The translations under genes and the position numbers were made by a program. 64,000 bases of DNA, taken from the NCBI GenBank assembly GCA_046563655.1, contig CM102290.1:8060001-8124000 (forward strand), read 5' to 3'. This document shows, piece after piece, positions 13,783-26,790 of the stretch (the stretch's first letter is position 1; each line of letters opens with the position of its first letter). The stretch is from Yuukianura sp. NJ FZ-2021 (lineage: Eukaryota). The notes beneath the pieces were generated by a model that was not told the origin of the DNA, did not search any database, and saw only the letters and a program-made list of their open reading frames with translations.

Positions 13783-15169
13783 CCTTGACGCCAAGTACAG
13801 TACAGCTGTACAGGGAAAAAGGAACCCAAAATCAGACAAGCAATTCCATTTAAACACATGTAAAATCTTGTCTCACTTTGAGCTCCTATTTCTCTGTGTA
13901 TACAGTGTGCGCACTCCTCGTCCTTACTATTCCTTTCTCGTACTTTCACTGATAGTAATTTGCCCTTGCCACTAAAAATTATTAGTTTTGTCAATTCTTT
14001 TTTTTCTTATTCATTTCCTATATGTGGCATAAGCAAAATTTTCTATCAGGAGAGTATTAGGGACGTGAAAGTGAGAAGCGAAATTTGAAAAAATAAGGCA
14101 TACGGGTAACTGGTTTCGTTTAGATTTCAAATGATAATTTATTATTTTCGTTTTGTACAAGTAACTCAAATAAATAAGGTGAGTTTGGACTTGAGGGTAT
14201 GGCCACAACAGTTATAGGCAACAATAAAAGTGAGGGAAAGATGATCGCCATTTAAGAATGGTACAGACTGGTAATGGCCAAATTCTTTTCAGTTTTTATG
14301 TTAAAAAGTCGAACAGAAGGGAAGGTTAATGAACTATTTTACGTACTTTTCAACTAGCAATAGTTATATTTACACTTTTTACTTTTTTTTCTAATTTACT
14401 TTACGCCACCAGGATATTTTCTTCTTAATTAGTCCACATGATATCTATACACCATTTTAGATAGATGGGAGAGAAGACGCTTAGATATGATTTCATTTCT
14501 ACTAGGATTTTTTAGTAACACAATTTTGAATTCACAAAGTTTCAAATGTGTGTTGATTCATGCCGGGGGTTGAACGAAAAGATTTTAAATTTCTGGAAAC
14601 AAAAAAGCAACCAAAATCTTTGCATTTTGATAGCTTTTTTTAGAATCTAGAATTTCAGATACCATTTCGTTCCTTTCTTAAGGTACAAAAATATATGTAA
14701 TGCTGAAACTTAAAAAAGTTTAGCAATACGTGTACTGGCATCTCTAGAAAAAAAAAATAAACTAGCAAATTTGCTAGTTGCAAGTTCACTCTTCCGTACT
14801 TTTTGACTTCCGTATTCAACTAATTGAAGGGAGAAGGGAGTATTTTTTGTCCCATCAGTCAACAGTTTTAAATTACATTCTAAGCAACAATCAAGAACAG
14901 TTTTTTAACATTATAAAATCATCTTTTTGAAACCTTGACACTGTGCCTGTGCATTTTAGGGGTATGGAGTTCCGAACGATTAGTTTTTTTTTCAAGGAGT
15001 TTACAGAGGGAAAGTTGGATTTTAGTTTTGGAACAGGCAAGGAACTTTTTGTGACAAGTTTCCTTTGTATATTAGCGTCATTTAATAAGTAATTCGTTAT
15101 AATTATAAACAATAGATTAAAGTTAAGCCTGATTATTGAAAATTAAGTTAACTTTTTTTTCTTTGTTTC

Positions 15170-18100
15170 TTATTTTGACCTACTGAACCGTGCAATCAAA
15201 ATGGCAAAAATCCAGAAGATGACGCTCCAAATGATGGAGGAGAGGAAGCCAGGATAAACTGAAGAATGGGTAATGCCCCACCCACGAGTTAAAATGGAGC
15301 GCATACTTTCACAAGCCAGTGTCTCCGGCAGAATGTAGCTAAGTTTGCGAAGAACGCTTGGCATACTCTCAATGGGCCATACCACTCCTGTTAAAAACGA
15401 ACATGAACGAGTAAAACTCGGAAATCGCTGAAAAATAGTCTAAGCGTTGAAATGTACCTGACAAGAGAAGATTTGGATAGAAGCTGCCAAGGGCCAGTTG
15501 GATAGAATTCCGTTCTTCGTGACACACCGTCGATATGAGGAAACCTACGGTAACGAGACGTAAAAAACGTAAAGAAATTTGGAAATTAAAGTTACAAATT
15601 GAAAAGTGCTGAAAATTGAGTTATTACCAAAGGCCATGCCACAAGTTCCTTGCAGAAGTGTCAAGATGACTGCCCAACCTAAAGGACCTCTTACGGGAAC
15701 TTCAAATACCACTACCATAAATATGAGGACAAGCGTCGTTTGCCCAACCATTATGACATATTGGGTTATCATGTGAGCAGTAATCACTTCTCCAGTCGTC
15801 ACTCCAGCCACAAGTGACCTCTCCAGCATTCCCTCCTTCCGTTCCGTAATGAAGGCGGATCCAGTCAAAGCCACCGCCATGAAGAAAATTATACTGGACA
15901 CGGAAAATTATAAACTTAAGGGGACATGTTCTGGAATTGTTCCTATGAAAACTGGTCACTTCTGTATTACCTAAGGACTATTCCAGGGGCCATAAACTCC
16001 ATGAAGCTTGGATGATCAAGACCGTATACAGGGGTGTCAAACTACAAGAAAATGGAAAAAGTTACTGACCTTTGTCCAGCCGCTTGGAATAAAGTGAAAT
16101 AGTAATAGAAAATAGAAAATGGCGAGAGACAGTAATACAAAGCCGGTCAAAGGTCGAAAGCCACAAGCTCATTCCACCACCACCGACTTCCTTTGCCCTT
16201 TCACCTAAACAAATCAAGGCGGATCTTAATGCTTGTCCTCTTACGAATAATGGAAGATCACCAGTAGTAGGATCATAATCACAGTCAGACAGAAGATTCC
16301 TTGAGAAAGTCCGAAACGTATCCAGCAGAAGCCTCTGAATGGAAAACGCAATCTGTTGATTCGACATGTCCATTTGAATCCGAATTCGGGAGCCATAGAT
16401 GGTGGCGTTCTCGGCCAAATTTCCAGCGATTCCTCTGTCTATCATGTACACAGAGAAGTTGGCTGGAAAGACCATGTAGCCCCAGATTCGGCCCTTGTGC
16501 ACATCACCTAGAGCTTCGTCAACCGTTTCATATGGCACCTATGTCCAACAGAGTACCGAATTTAGCTTTACCATGTTGAGGTCAATGCTCAACTTGACCT
16601 GAACAGATTCTTACCAAACTGATAGACTCTTTGGGGAGGTCTGCCATAAAGCGACAACTGAGATTCGTTGTCGTACAACCTTCAGGAGCATGACAAATGT
16701 CTATTCCTGGAAACTCATTGTTGATTACACCGAATTTCATGTCCAGTGGATCTCGACCGATGGCCAGACAGAAGAGGATGACTTGGAAGGCAGGCAGTAC
16801 AAAAATGAATAACATAAACCTAGGGAATACGGAACAAGTTAAGTCAGAATGCTAACGGAAGTCAGAAGACAGTAATTCGTTACCCGATATTTCGCCACAT
16901 GCAAATGAAATTCTTAATAATCATGGCTCTTAGACGATTAAGCGGTTGTCTAGGGTCAAATGAGCAACAGCGTTTGTTACAACAGTCTGAGCATTCTTCA
17001 GCAGCCACTTTCGTCACTCGAGTCAACGCATCAACCTTAGTCTCCGGAGAACTATCGTCAGATGGCGTCACCAGATAGTCTTTGGACTGATGAAAAGTGA
17101 GTCCTATGATTCCATTTTCCTCATCAACAACTCCACGGTCACCGTGATGGCGACTACGGTCATTGTAGACCGTGAGGGCTGACTTGAGCGTTGGATCCGG
17201 AACGGAGACGAAGTTATTTGAAATTGGCGGTTCCGTGGAATTGTTTGTAGTTTTATCTTTCATGCACAGCTTGAGAAAAACATCTTCGAGGTTAAGGCAT
17301 TGATGAACTTTGAGGAGGTTTGCAGGAGAGTCCTCAGCCAAAAGTCGACCACTTCTCATTAGTCCAATCTAAAAAATTTTAAAACAGTTTTAATTTTAAT
17401 GCCCTTCTTAACTAGGGAATGGTGTTGGATACTTCCGCATAGTTCATGCAAGAAGTAGCACGAACTATAGTAGCTTAAGCTACTAATACAAGACACTAAT
17501 AGCTTAAGACACAAATTTGTGTCTTGGATCAAGTAATGTGACCTTACCGTGTTGGCTTGTTTAGCTTCCTCGATGTAATGAGTCGTAATGATGACTGTTG
17601 TCTTTCCAGTGGAAACCAAACTGCACAAATGATTCCAGATGCTAAAGATGGGTAAACATCAAATTATTTCCTAACTTTCAAAATTTTAAGTTTTTTTTTG
17701 TTCAAAAAAGTTACTTTTGCCGAAGAAGGGGATCGACACCAACAGTAGCTGGAATGAAATCAAATTTTGAATTTACGGAATTTCACAAAAATCATTTACT
17801 CAAAATTTGAAACTTAGAAGAAAATTACGTTCGTCCAAAATCAAAATTTCAGGATCCGGTAGCAGTGCAATAGCAAACGAAACCTAAAAAAATATTGCTT
17901 GGATTAGAAAAATGTTTTGTGCCACACGTTGCATTCGGGTAAAATTTTTCTCGGACTTACGCGTCTCTGCTGACCACCACTAAAGAGGATTCAAAATTTA
18001 AAGAAAATTAATTAGCTGCTTTTACATTAAAGAAAAAAGGACTGAAAAAATTAAATGGAAATTCCAAATTTTACCTAAGAGTTCGAATTGATCTAGTATG

Positions 18101-20123
18101 AACTGGTAGGTCTAGAAACTTGATGAGGAACATCATTTTCTCATGAATTTTAGAAACTTTCATTCCATAGATCCGACCGAAGTATTCCATGGCTTCTTTG
18201 ATGGTAAATTCAGCGTAGAGGGCAATCTCCTACACATTTCAAAAAAAGTAAAGCATGATTTCACTATTTTGTGCAAGTTTTTTTTTTCAAAATTTCAGTT
18301 GAATTGTGTCCGTACTTGAGGCATGTAGCCAACTCGATTTCCGGGAACTCCACTTTCGATTGTACCGGGTCTTGCTCCGAAGATGAAAATATTCCCACGG
18401 TCCAATCGTCGCATTCCGACACAACAGGCAAGAAGCGTCGTCTTCCCACAACCACTCGCTCCAAGAAGGCTGTATCTGTAGTTAGTATCAAAATAACGTT
18501 CTCAAGTACTGGACAATGTATATTTAGGTATTCAGCTATAAAAAAAACTATTTAGTTACATGTTCGTACCTATGAGTAATTCCTAAGTAATCGCACAAAA
18601 GTGCAACATACAACAGAAATAGAATTGGATAAGATCTCTATTTTTTTTATCTTCAACTTCTATCCATTATTGTAAGAATATTTTTAGGATTGATCTCTCC
18701 TGAACGAAATGACGCTGAATTCGAATGGTCAAGGCAACTTTTCCAAATGAAAATGTTCAGCGGCCCTAATGTGTGAACACACAAAAACGAATTCTTTGAA
18801 GGCAACATTTTGGTTGAAGTAAACTTGAGCTCCACTCCTGCACCCACCCGTTCAAATTTTCGCGCTGCTCTAATTGTATTCTTTGGATGGGTTCATTTAG
18901 CGGCAGTTACGTAACCTCTGAATTCAAGTTGTATTTACTGCTTGATTCAGTAAATGCACTTTTAGCTTCCCGCGCCTCTAATAGTCTCGGGAACACTCAA
19001 TTGGATTAATTGCATCAAGCAGTAAAGCTTTCCAGCTTGAATTGAAAGAATACCTTTAGCCCGATAGGTAAACGTATTGATTTGGATTGTGGTGGGTACA
19101 AATGTACCCATTTGATGGGTACAATTGCTGGGTACAATTAAGGCAGCGTGAAAATTTGCACCGGTGGGTACAGGCGGAAAGCCAAAGTTTAGTTCAACCA
19201 CTTTTTTTTTTAAAAATGAAAATTGTTGTTTTGTGAATTGAGCATTGAAATGAAATGATATAAAATGACGCAATGGGTTAAAGTACCCACATTTGTTTTG
19301 TCACTGTTTCGATGATGCATTGGAGTTGAATGAGGCTTTATTGCATTGTTTTGGAGGGCTTAAAGGACTTAATCCCGTGGTGCGTCTGCGTGACTGCCAA
19401 AATTGCCAAAGAAATGCGCCGAGTCGTTTGGAAAGTAGGAACCTAATCTATTGTTTCCAACCAAGTTAATGGACTCAGGTGAAAGTAAAAGTATGGAATT
19501 TGAAATCCATTGAAAAGTGTCATTCCCTTCTGTTCCAAGCCTATTTTTAGCAGGATTGTTGTTCCCTCAAGGGACACCGTTTGTAGTAAGAACCCTTCGT
19601 AATGCTCCCTTGTGTTAAAGTATACGGTGTGTTGCACGGGCCAAGTCCATCATGTTTTTGTCTCAATTTTATCGTTTTACTAAACTATGCTTTCAATTTT
19701 CACAAGTCCCTTGGGTAAGGACCAGGTTGACTGACCTTGTCCACTCATTTTCCCCTCAAGCCAAAGTCTATTTTAAAGGCTTAAGACTGTTTCGTCTAAT
19801 ATTAAGTTCCGGTTCCAGGAACGACACGGTATAACGTAACTAACTTCCAGAAATGAAACGGTATAAAATACCGATTCATAGGAAACATGAATCTATGGAG
19901 ACATTTGCAACATTGGAAATCGACGATAGAAAAATGTTGGAGTAACTTACATAGTGCCCTCTGGAACAACCATGCTCAAATTCTCCAGTACCGGCGTTGC
20001 CTTGACTCCCGTTCCATACTGCTTCCAAGCATTTTGGACCGAAACGGCAATTCGACGCAATGGTGGCGGCGTCAACGTATTCGTAACTTTTGTGTCAGTA
20101 TTTGCTACTGCCGTTGGAGACAT
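15170..20123 (-). CDS. ABC transporter subfamily H (NBD-TMD half transporter, Snu/CG9990-like); start may extend to upstream exons at 21052-21113 or 24531-24559
   Basis: Walker A LLGASGCGKTTLL, Q-loop GYMPQ|EIALY, signature LS|GGQQRR, Walker B/D-loop LILDE|PTVGVDPLLR, H-loop IITTHYIEEA, then ABC2-type TMD (FCLAIGRDP, ERKEGMLERSLVAGV, LGSFYPNLLLSG, WPIESMP). GCC-ATG at 20123 in good context. Confidence 0.93.
18811..19200. mobile_element. Foldback/MITE-like element of about 390 bp with long imperfect inverted arms, in an ABCH intron
   Basis: tggttgaagtaaactt..cctgcacccacccgttcaaattttcgcgctgc pairs with gcagcgtgaaaatttgcaccggtgggtacagg..aagtttagttcaacca. Inner arms tttactgcttgat / atcaagcagtaaa also pair. 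No TSD seen. Confidence 0.7.
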
Positions 20124-23100
20124 GGCTGCTGCTGCTGCTTGGCTATGGTTTCCTTCCGCTCGAGTTTCACTGTCCTCCCCCAAATTGTTATTGACGTACC
20201 TGAAAATCATAGACAGTTATTAATTACTAATATTTATTCTTATCTTAATACTATTGATTATTACATTAAATTCAATATTTTACAAATTGATTCGATGATT
20301 TGTGAATTTTAAAGTGATTACAGTAGATTTGCTCCTAAATTTCTGTTCATGACTGCCACTGCATAGTCAACCAATTGTATTGAAAAAGTCCCGTTCAACA
20401 TTCTGAAACTGTCCTTTAAGTGTAAGTCAACGACCGATTTTGAATTTTTAGAACAACTTTTCCTTTTTTACACAAACAACAGTAAAAGTTCTAAAAATTC
20501 AAGGGCCACAATATCCTCCGTAGGTCAAACACAACAAAAACTGATTTCGTAGACAATCCAAGGGACAGAAACCTTCACTCTGACTCAGGTAAAGTGTCTT
20601 CACTTTTCAGAAAATCTTTGAAAACTTTTTTTTTTTCAAAAAAAAAAAAAAGATGAAGTTTTTCGTGTACTTGTGAAGCTGACGAGTAGTATGAGGCGAC
20701 TGTTCCTATATTTCTCAGTTATCAAAATACTAAGGTGTAGTACAATTTCCCTCCTTATGGTCACCCTGGACAGAGTAGTTGGTGGACATTGGACAAGAGG
20801 GGGGACTTCAAAATTTTAGCTTAGAAACCCCAACAACAGAACTATAGTGTATGTTTATAAACGTTTTAAGGAATGCTTGTCCTGCGCCTAACGTAGTCGA
20901 AGTTCTTAAGTCATTGTATCCTTCCGGGTCAATGTGAGCTAAGGGACTCAAGGGCCAGGAGCCACTTACTACTTGACACAGGCAAAGATAAAGTGTCTCG
21001 AGGTGACATTGAGTAATAACACACAAAAAAGATCCGATTAAGTCCACTTACTCGAGAACCTTGGTTAGGAAATTCCTTAGAGATTTAAAGTTCTTGGCCA
21101 ATCGAAATGACATCAACAAGGAATAGACGCCATCAGAAGAGACAAAGGAGAATTCAAACTGAACGCGTCGCTTTTCCCAAAGTGGACTTGCGTGTTGAGC
21201 TCAAAAACTTAAAATTTACCGCCTTCTTTGAATCGACTCTTGTTAAGGCTCACTTAAGTCTCTGGATTAGTGTTGTACTTCACTCGGGCTTGACACTTGA
21301 CTCTCACCGTTCCTAACTTGCAAAATTCGAATTTGAAAGATGACCTCGACACCAAAAAAGTTTGACAAATGACTTTTGGTACAACTTGTCTTTATAAGAA
21401 CTACAACTGAGTTTCCATGTTTGTCGAAATTTAGACGACAAATAACACTTAAACACTCAAAAAATTGGCGGGAAAAGTGAACTTTTAGTACTTTTAGACG
21501 CTGGACCGCTGCACACTGTTGTTGAAGGACTGAAACCTTTCAGTGGTATGAAACCATTTTATGGATTGGAGACGGTTTTTCACACGGCTTGTCCCGTCGG
21601 CTCCTACTACGACTGCTGACTATACGAATTAGGTCGTCCAAATTCTTTGTGTGGCTACTAAGTGCAAGTGGATTCAATTCAAATTTTGGCTCCCAAATGA
21701 CCATAGCTACCATGGGCTCCCCTTCTGATTCGTTCCTGACGAAGTCCAAGGTCTCCTCAGATTATTCACCAAAGAATAGGAAGTATCCTCCACAGATCTC
21801 ATGGAGGAGGTCATCCTTTGACCGGGACTTGAATCCCTGCAAGGGCAACCACTTCTCTCACACGTTACATAATTTTTACATAACTATATTTTGAAGGAGG
21901 AGAGGGGTACGGAGTTCTACTGACCCTGGATCACATTCTGCAAACCAATTTGTCATTTCTGCGAATACGAACCCCCTTGTGTACCCCCCAAGGTGGCGAA
22001 CCACCCCCTTTGACCAACAATGTGCACTGTATAATGTTCAATAGACGAAGATGATAGACCAAAATGTAGTCACAATGTAACATCCGCATAGTTCGTCAAA
22101 GGTGACTGGGAAGTGAGAATAAGTTGGAATCCCTGACACTGGTCAATGATTTTGTAATAAAAATGAACTGGCAAGAAGGAAGTTACGTCACGTTACCAAG
22201 TTTTACCAAGGGACGTCATCATGGCCTTTTCAAAAAAAATTTTTAAAACATTTTTTTTTATAAATTCAATTTCAAAAGATCAAATATAACGCTCATTTGT
22301 AGTTCTCTTAACGCTGGTCATGAAACTTTCAAAAACCGAAATCAGAACAGTTTCAGGGAAATTCAAAACCTTGTTGTCAAATCTGTTGTCGGAAATTGTG
22401 AACACTACCTTAAAAACTTTTGAAACCTAATGAAATTGTTTAAATTTTAGGCCATTTACCCCAAGAGCTTAGCAGAACAAACCGTCCAAAATTTCCTCTT
22501 AGCCAAAACGTTTTGCAATTCCAATGAAGCAAAGTTTGAGACTTACGCGAACTTAATCCTCAAGTGTCGAAACGGTAACAAGGACTCCCAAAGTGGTTAT
22601 TCTTTGTGCAAACGTCGTAACTTTTGTTCTTTTAAACTTAAGCTGACTGTACAACAGGAATCAATAAATAAAAATTTCAAATGTAAATTAACAATGGATT
22701 TGATTAATCGAATTCTGAGAATTTAGTTGTTAAGGTTAGCACTTGGGGCAAGGAGGGTTCAGCGACGGCATGGACGACAGCGTGGCTCCGTTGAAACACA
22801 TTTGCAAAAAAAAATCTACCAAGATGCACTTTGCATTGTTGCACACCTTCCTAAGGAAGCTCCTTTTCACATGTGGAAGTTAATGACCGTGAGATGATGC
22901 GAACGTCCTTGACAATTAGTCGTCTTACCTGTCAAGACAAGACTACTTTTTGCACCAATCAGTTGAAAACACTACAAACGTAATGGGCAGAGCAGAACAC
23001 TGCTACTTTCTTTTCCCCTTATGCTCTCACCTACTTTTTAACTTCGACAGTCTGAGAACAGTTTTGAAAAAAGTTTTTCAGAAATTTAAGTTTCTGTCCT

Positions 23101-26100
23101 ACACTGTTTGCTGTTAAGCAATTTCTAAAGGTCTAGAACTTTTTTTTCAAAACAACATCAGTTCAATACCTTGGAAAGAGTGATCATGTGCAGTTAGGCT
23201 TCAAAAAGTATTATGTTTGTTCAAAAAATTGTAAAGATGAGCAAAAGATGCCTTCAACTTGGTCCTCCAAACGACCTTGGCCACTTGACCCAACCTACTT
23301 TTTCACCTGAGGAAAATATTCTGTTTTCTCAAAGTTCCCAATTGATTCAATTGTTGAAAAGAGAGTTTGCTGTAGTATTCCCTAGTTTTCTCTTCGGAGT
23401 CAGGCACAATGGAGGACTTAAACAGAAACCTTAAGGGACGCCGTACTCAAGACGACATTTCGTTTCAAATTTGGTAAGAACTTCCAACCACCAACATAAA
23501 CTTCATCTCCAAACTCAAAATTCGTTTTGTATAACCCCAGATATCTCAGACATGACCTAGCTCTTACTTCTCATGAGGTCAATCAATAGTTGACTACAAG
23601 TTATATCTCGAGATAAACTGAGATATTTTCAGTGGAGATATAATGGTGTGCTGCGGAGTGTATGCATACTTTGGATAAGTTCATAAAAGACACACAAGGC
23701 TTAGGTGCATGCGCAGAGGTTACAAAGTCCGCGTCGGGTAGCCAGTTCTCGTAATTCTGAGTCTAAGTTTAACATTTAATTAAAAAAAATGAACCTGCTA
23801 ATTGATCCTGAGAAGTACACGTAATTTCCAGGTTCAAGTTCCCAATGTACTTCATACCCTAAAAGTCAGTTTCAAGAACACGCACCTCCATTCAAAAAAA
23901 TAATCAAAGTAGACAAACCTCCTAATTTTTAATTTGTTTGCGTCATTCTTTCAAAAAAAAAAGTAAGAAAACAAGATTTCAGAACATTATGTTATTGCTA
24001 ACATATTACATTCTAAACATGACATTTGAAATGGACCTATGATAAACAGGAAATCCTACGTCATGGAACCACCAATCCGTTAGGTAAGTACTGGAAATCA
24101 CATTTGTCCTAAGAATTACTCAAAATTCAATTGTGCGTCACCATCTTTAACTTTCGAATTATAAGACCTGTCCCTTTCATAACATGAAGTCACGTAAGCA
24201 CACGATGATTTGAAGGACTTCGAAAAAAAAAGTCTTCGCTAAACTGTTGTCCGGCAATGTAAACAAACATCACCAAAGATGCTTTTAAGATTCTTTAAGA
24301 TTAGCAGAAAACGTTGAATTTTTATTAATTTTTGTATCATTGGCAATGACAAGGGTTTTTATTGCGTAGATGTTGAAAGACAAATATTTCATAAATTAAA
24401 ATGTTTCGGAATGAAAAATTCTGCCGTAGTTTTAGTATTACTTCAAACTTTTTCAAAAATTGAAACCCGGCGAAAAACAATTTCATGCTAAAATTGAAAA
24501 GCAGATTTTTTTAGTGTCAAAGTCACTTACCGTGCTGTGAGGGGACTATCGGAAACCATGATCGGCTCAATTTTGAATTCGAAAAGATGTAACAAATTGT
24601 TGAAACTTTTCTGGAGTAGCTGCGATGTGAAGCAGAGTTTCGCTTGAACTGGAACAATCCAACGATGAAAGTTTCAGTTCCAGAGAAATGGTCGCTTTCC
24701 CATTCCGATTTCACCAATTAAATTTTTTAGAACAAAGTAACAATAGGGCATTAAAAGTTATAGGTAAGCAGTTCAATTTGAATTGGAACTTTAAAAAATG
24801 AGTTGCAGCGAATTAGTTTGGTCAAACAAATAACTTTAGGTCAGTTGAGCTCCTAACATCAAAAATTAGTTTTAGATTAATTGTTTTTAGACGTTGTAAC
24901 AAAGGCCTCACTCTCACTTCTAACCTATTGTTTTCGACAATGGTTTATCCACAACCCTTAACAACTTGTTCTTCCCTCTTCAACTATTCAATTTGCGTCA
25001 TTGATGCCTTATTACAACTTCACCTTATTACAATTCCTTGAAATAAGGACACTCTTTCTTCTTTTTCTTTTTTTTAAAACTACCCAAACAATTTTTTGTC
25101 CAAATTTTGAAAAGACCTGCTTATGACTTAGCGTCTTTTAGATGACACTTTCACAGAATCCGTTTTCACTTTATCGTTCCTTAGAAACAGGGGGAAAATT
25201 GACAGTTTTTAGCGTCACTTTCAGGGCACCCGACGAATAAGCTGAAAACTCAGATTTGTTGTTTGAGGGATCCTGGAATGTGTGGAAGACAAATTGAAGA
25301 CGCGGGATTGAATCTGATCTGAAGCAGGACTTTGGAGCTGAGCGTTACTTGGTATCTCCCAAGTCCTAACAATTGCCTTGGTCATTACTGACGTTGGGGG
25401 GTGAAAGAACAAGAGTAATTAAGAATCCTAAGGTGGACATGGACACAAAAGAGGAGGAGACATAATACCTAATGGACGACACAGATAAGTCTGGCTTAGG
25501 TTAGGTTTTTCTAGGGAGATTTAACAATCGAAACTTAGGTAGGGAGTACACTTGCACTCATCCCAATGGATCGCACAGGGGAGAAGATGTGATGTCCGGC
25601 ACAGCATCAGCATCTCTCAAATTACATCTCCCTTGCCCTGTCAAGAGGTACTTAAGTCAAGTTCGGCTGGTTGAAACAGCAGACAGACAGACTTTTTCAA
25701 AATTTCAATTGCTCCAACGACAAACAAAAAAGACAAGATGGAAACCCTGGGTCGAAGGCCCTGTTTCCCTGCAATGTAGAATTCAATGACCAAAGAGCAT
25801 CTTAGGCGAGAAAAAGTGACGATGACAAAAGCACCATTGTTTTAGTATGTAGTTCAAAAAGTTACGCAATGCGTGATTTCTACTACGGAAATTAGCGTTG
25901 AAGCCATGACGCCCATTTACCATCATAAATTTTCAGTTTTCAAAATATGAAGGAAAAAAATCAGTTTTTCAATTTTATGTAAGATTTCGTGACCTTGAAA
26001 AGCCCTGGTTTGCCAATATCCAACTAATGAATCGACTAGTTTATATTGGTTTGACAAAATTGTACAATGTACTAAGATGAGAGCATACGTTGGAAACTGA

Positions 26101-26601
26101 TGTGCTTGAAAATGGTTCGAAGGCAAAGTAATTGAGAGACACCAAATTGCAAATATTTTTTTGCCACAAATTAATGCAAATGGAACTTTAGTCAAACCTC
26201 CAAGGCTTCTTCAATACTTTAAAAATCCCCTTCCTGCAAAAATTACAATTTCAAAGCGGCTCTCATTTGGCGTATTTGGTGCAGATGAGGCTAAAAGCGC
26301 TAACTGTTGAAACCATTTTGAACTCATTTTTTGTTTATTATTGCTTCCTTAAAAAATTAGACGGTCCTCTTCATTAATTTTTTTTTGGATTTTTGAACAT
26401 TCAAATTCGAAATTTCACTTTTCAAAATCTACAATGGAATTAATCAAACAGCCCAAACTTTTCAAACTACAATGAAATCTAGCAGGATTTTGATTTTTTA
26501 AATGAATTTTTGCCCGCAGAAATTTTAATGCAACGTAGGCTGAACGTGAATCCAGTGACTAAAAAAATGAAATTTGAATTTCTGGAGTGATGTGTATGAT
26601 G

Positions 26602-26790
26602 CGAAGGACGTCATAATCTAACCAAGCCAAAATTTAAGCACGAGGATTTGGATTAGGTTTTTATAGTGATGTTAGTTGGATTAGGCTTTAATTAACGTTA
26701 GATTAGGTTATCATAATTGTAGTGCTAATTTAGCGTGCTTGGATTTTGGTCTGCTTAGATTTTTGGATGCTTAGATTATGGCATGGACTC
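26602..26790. mobile_element. Non-autonomous DNA-transposon relic with 8-bp TSD
   Basis: Direct repeat gtatgatg at 26594-26601 and 26791-26798. Inverted arms gtcataatctaa/ttagattatggc and ccaaaatttaagcacg/cgtgcttggattttgg. The core has gattagg repeats. Confidence 0.7.

Noticed and set aside
21820..23850. Pol III B-box-like motifs at about 21822 and 23831 (possible tRNA/SINE)
   Set aside because: No A-box at proper spacing and no cloverleaf could be built.
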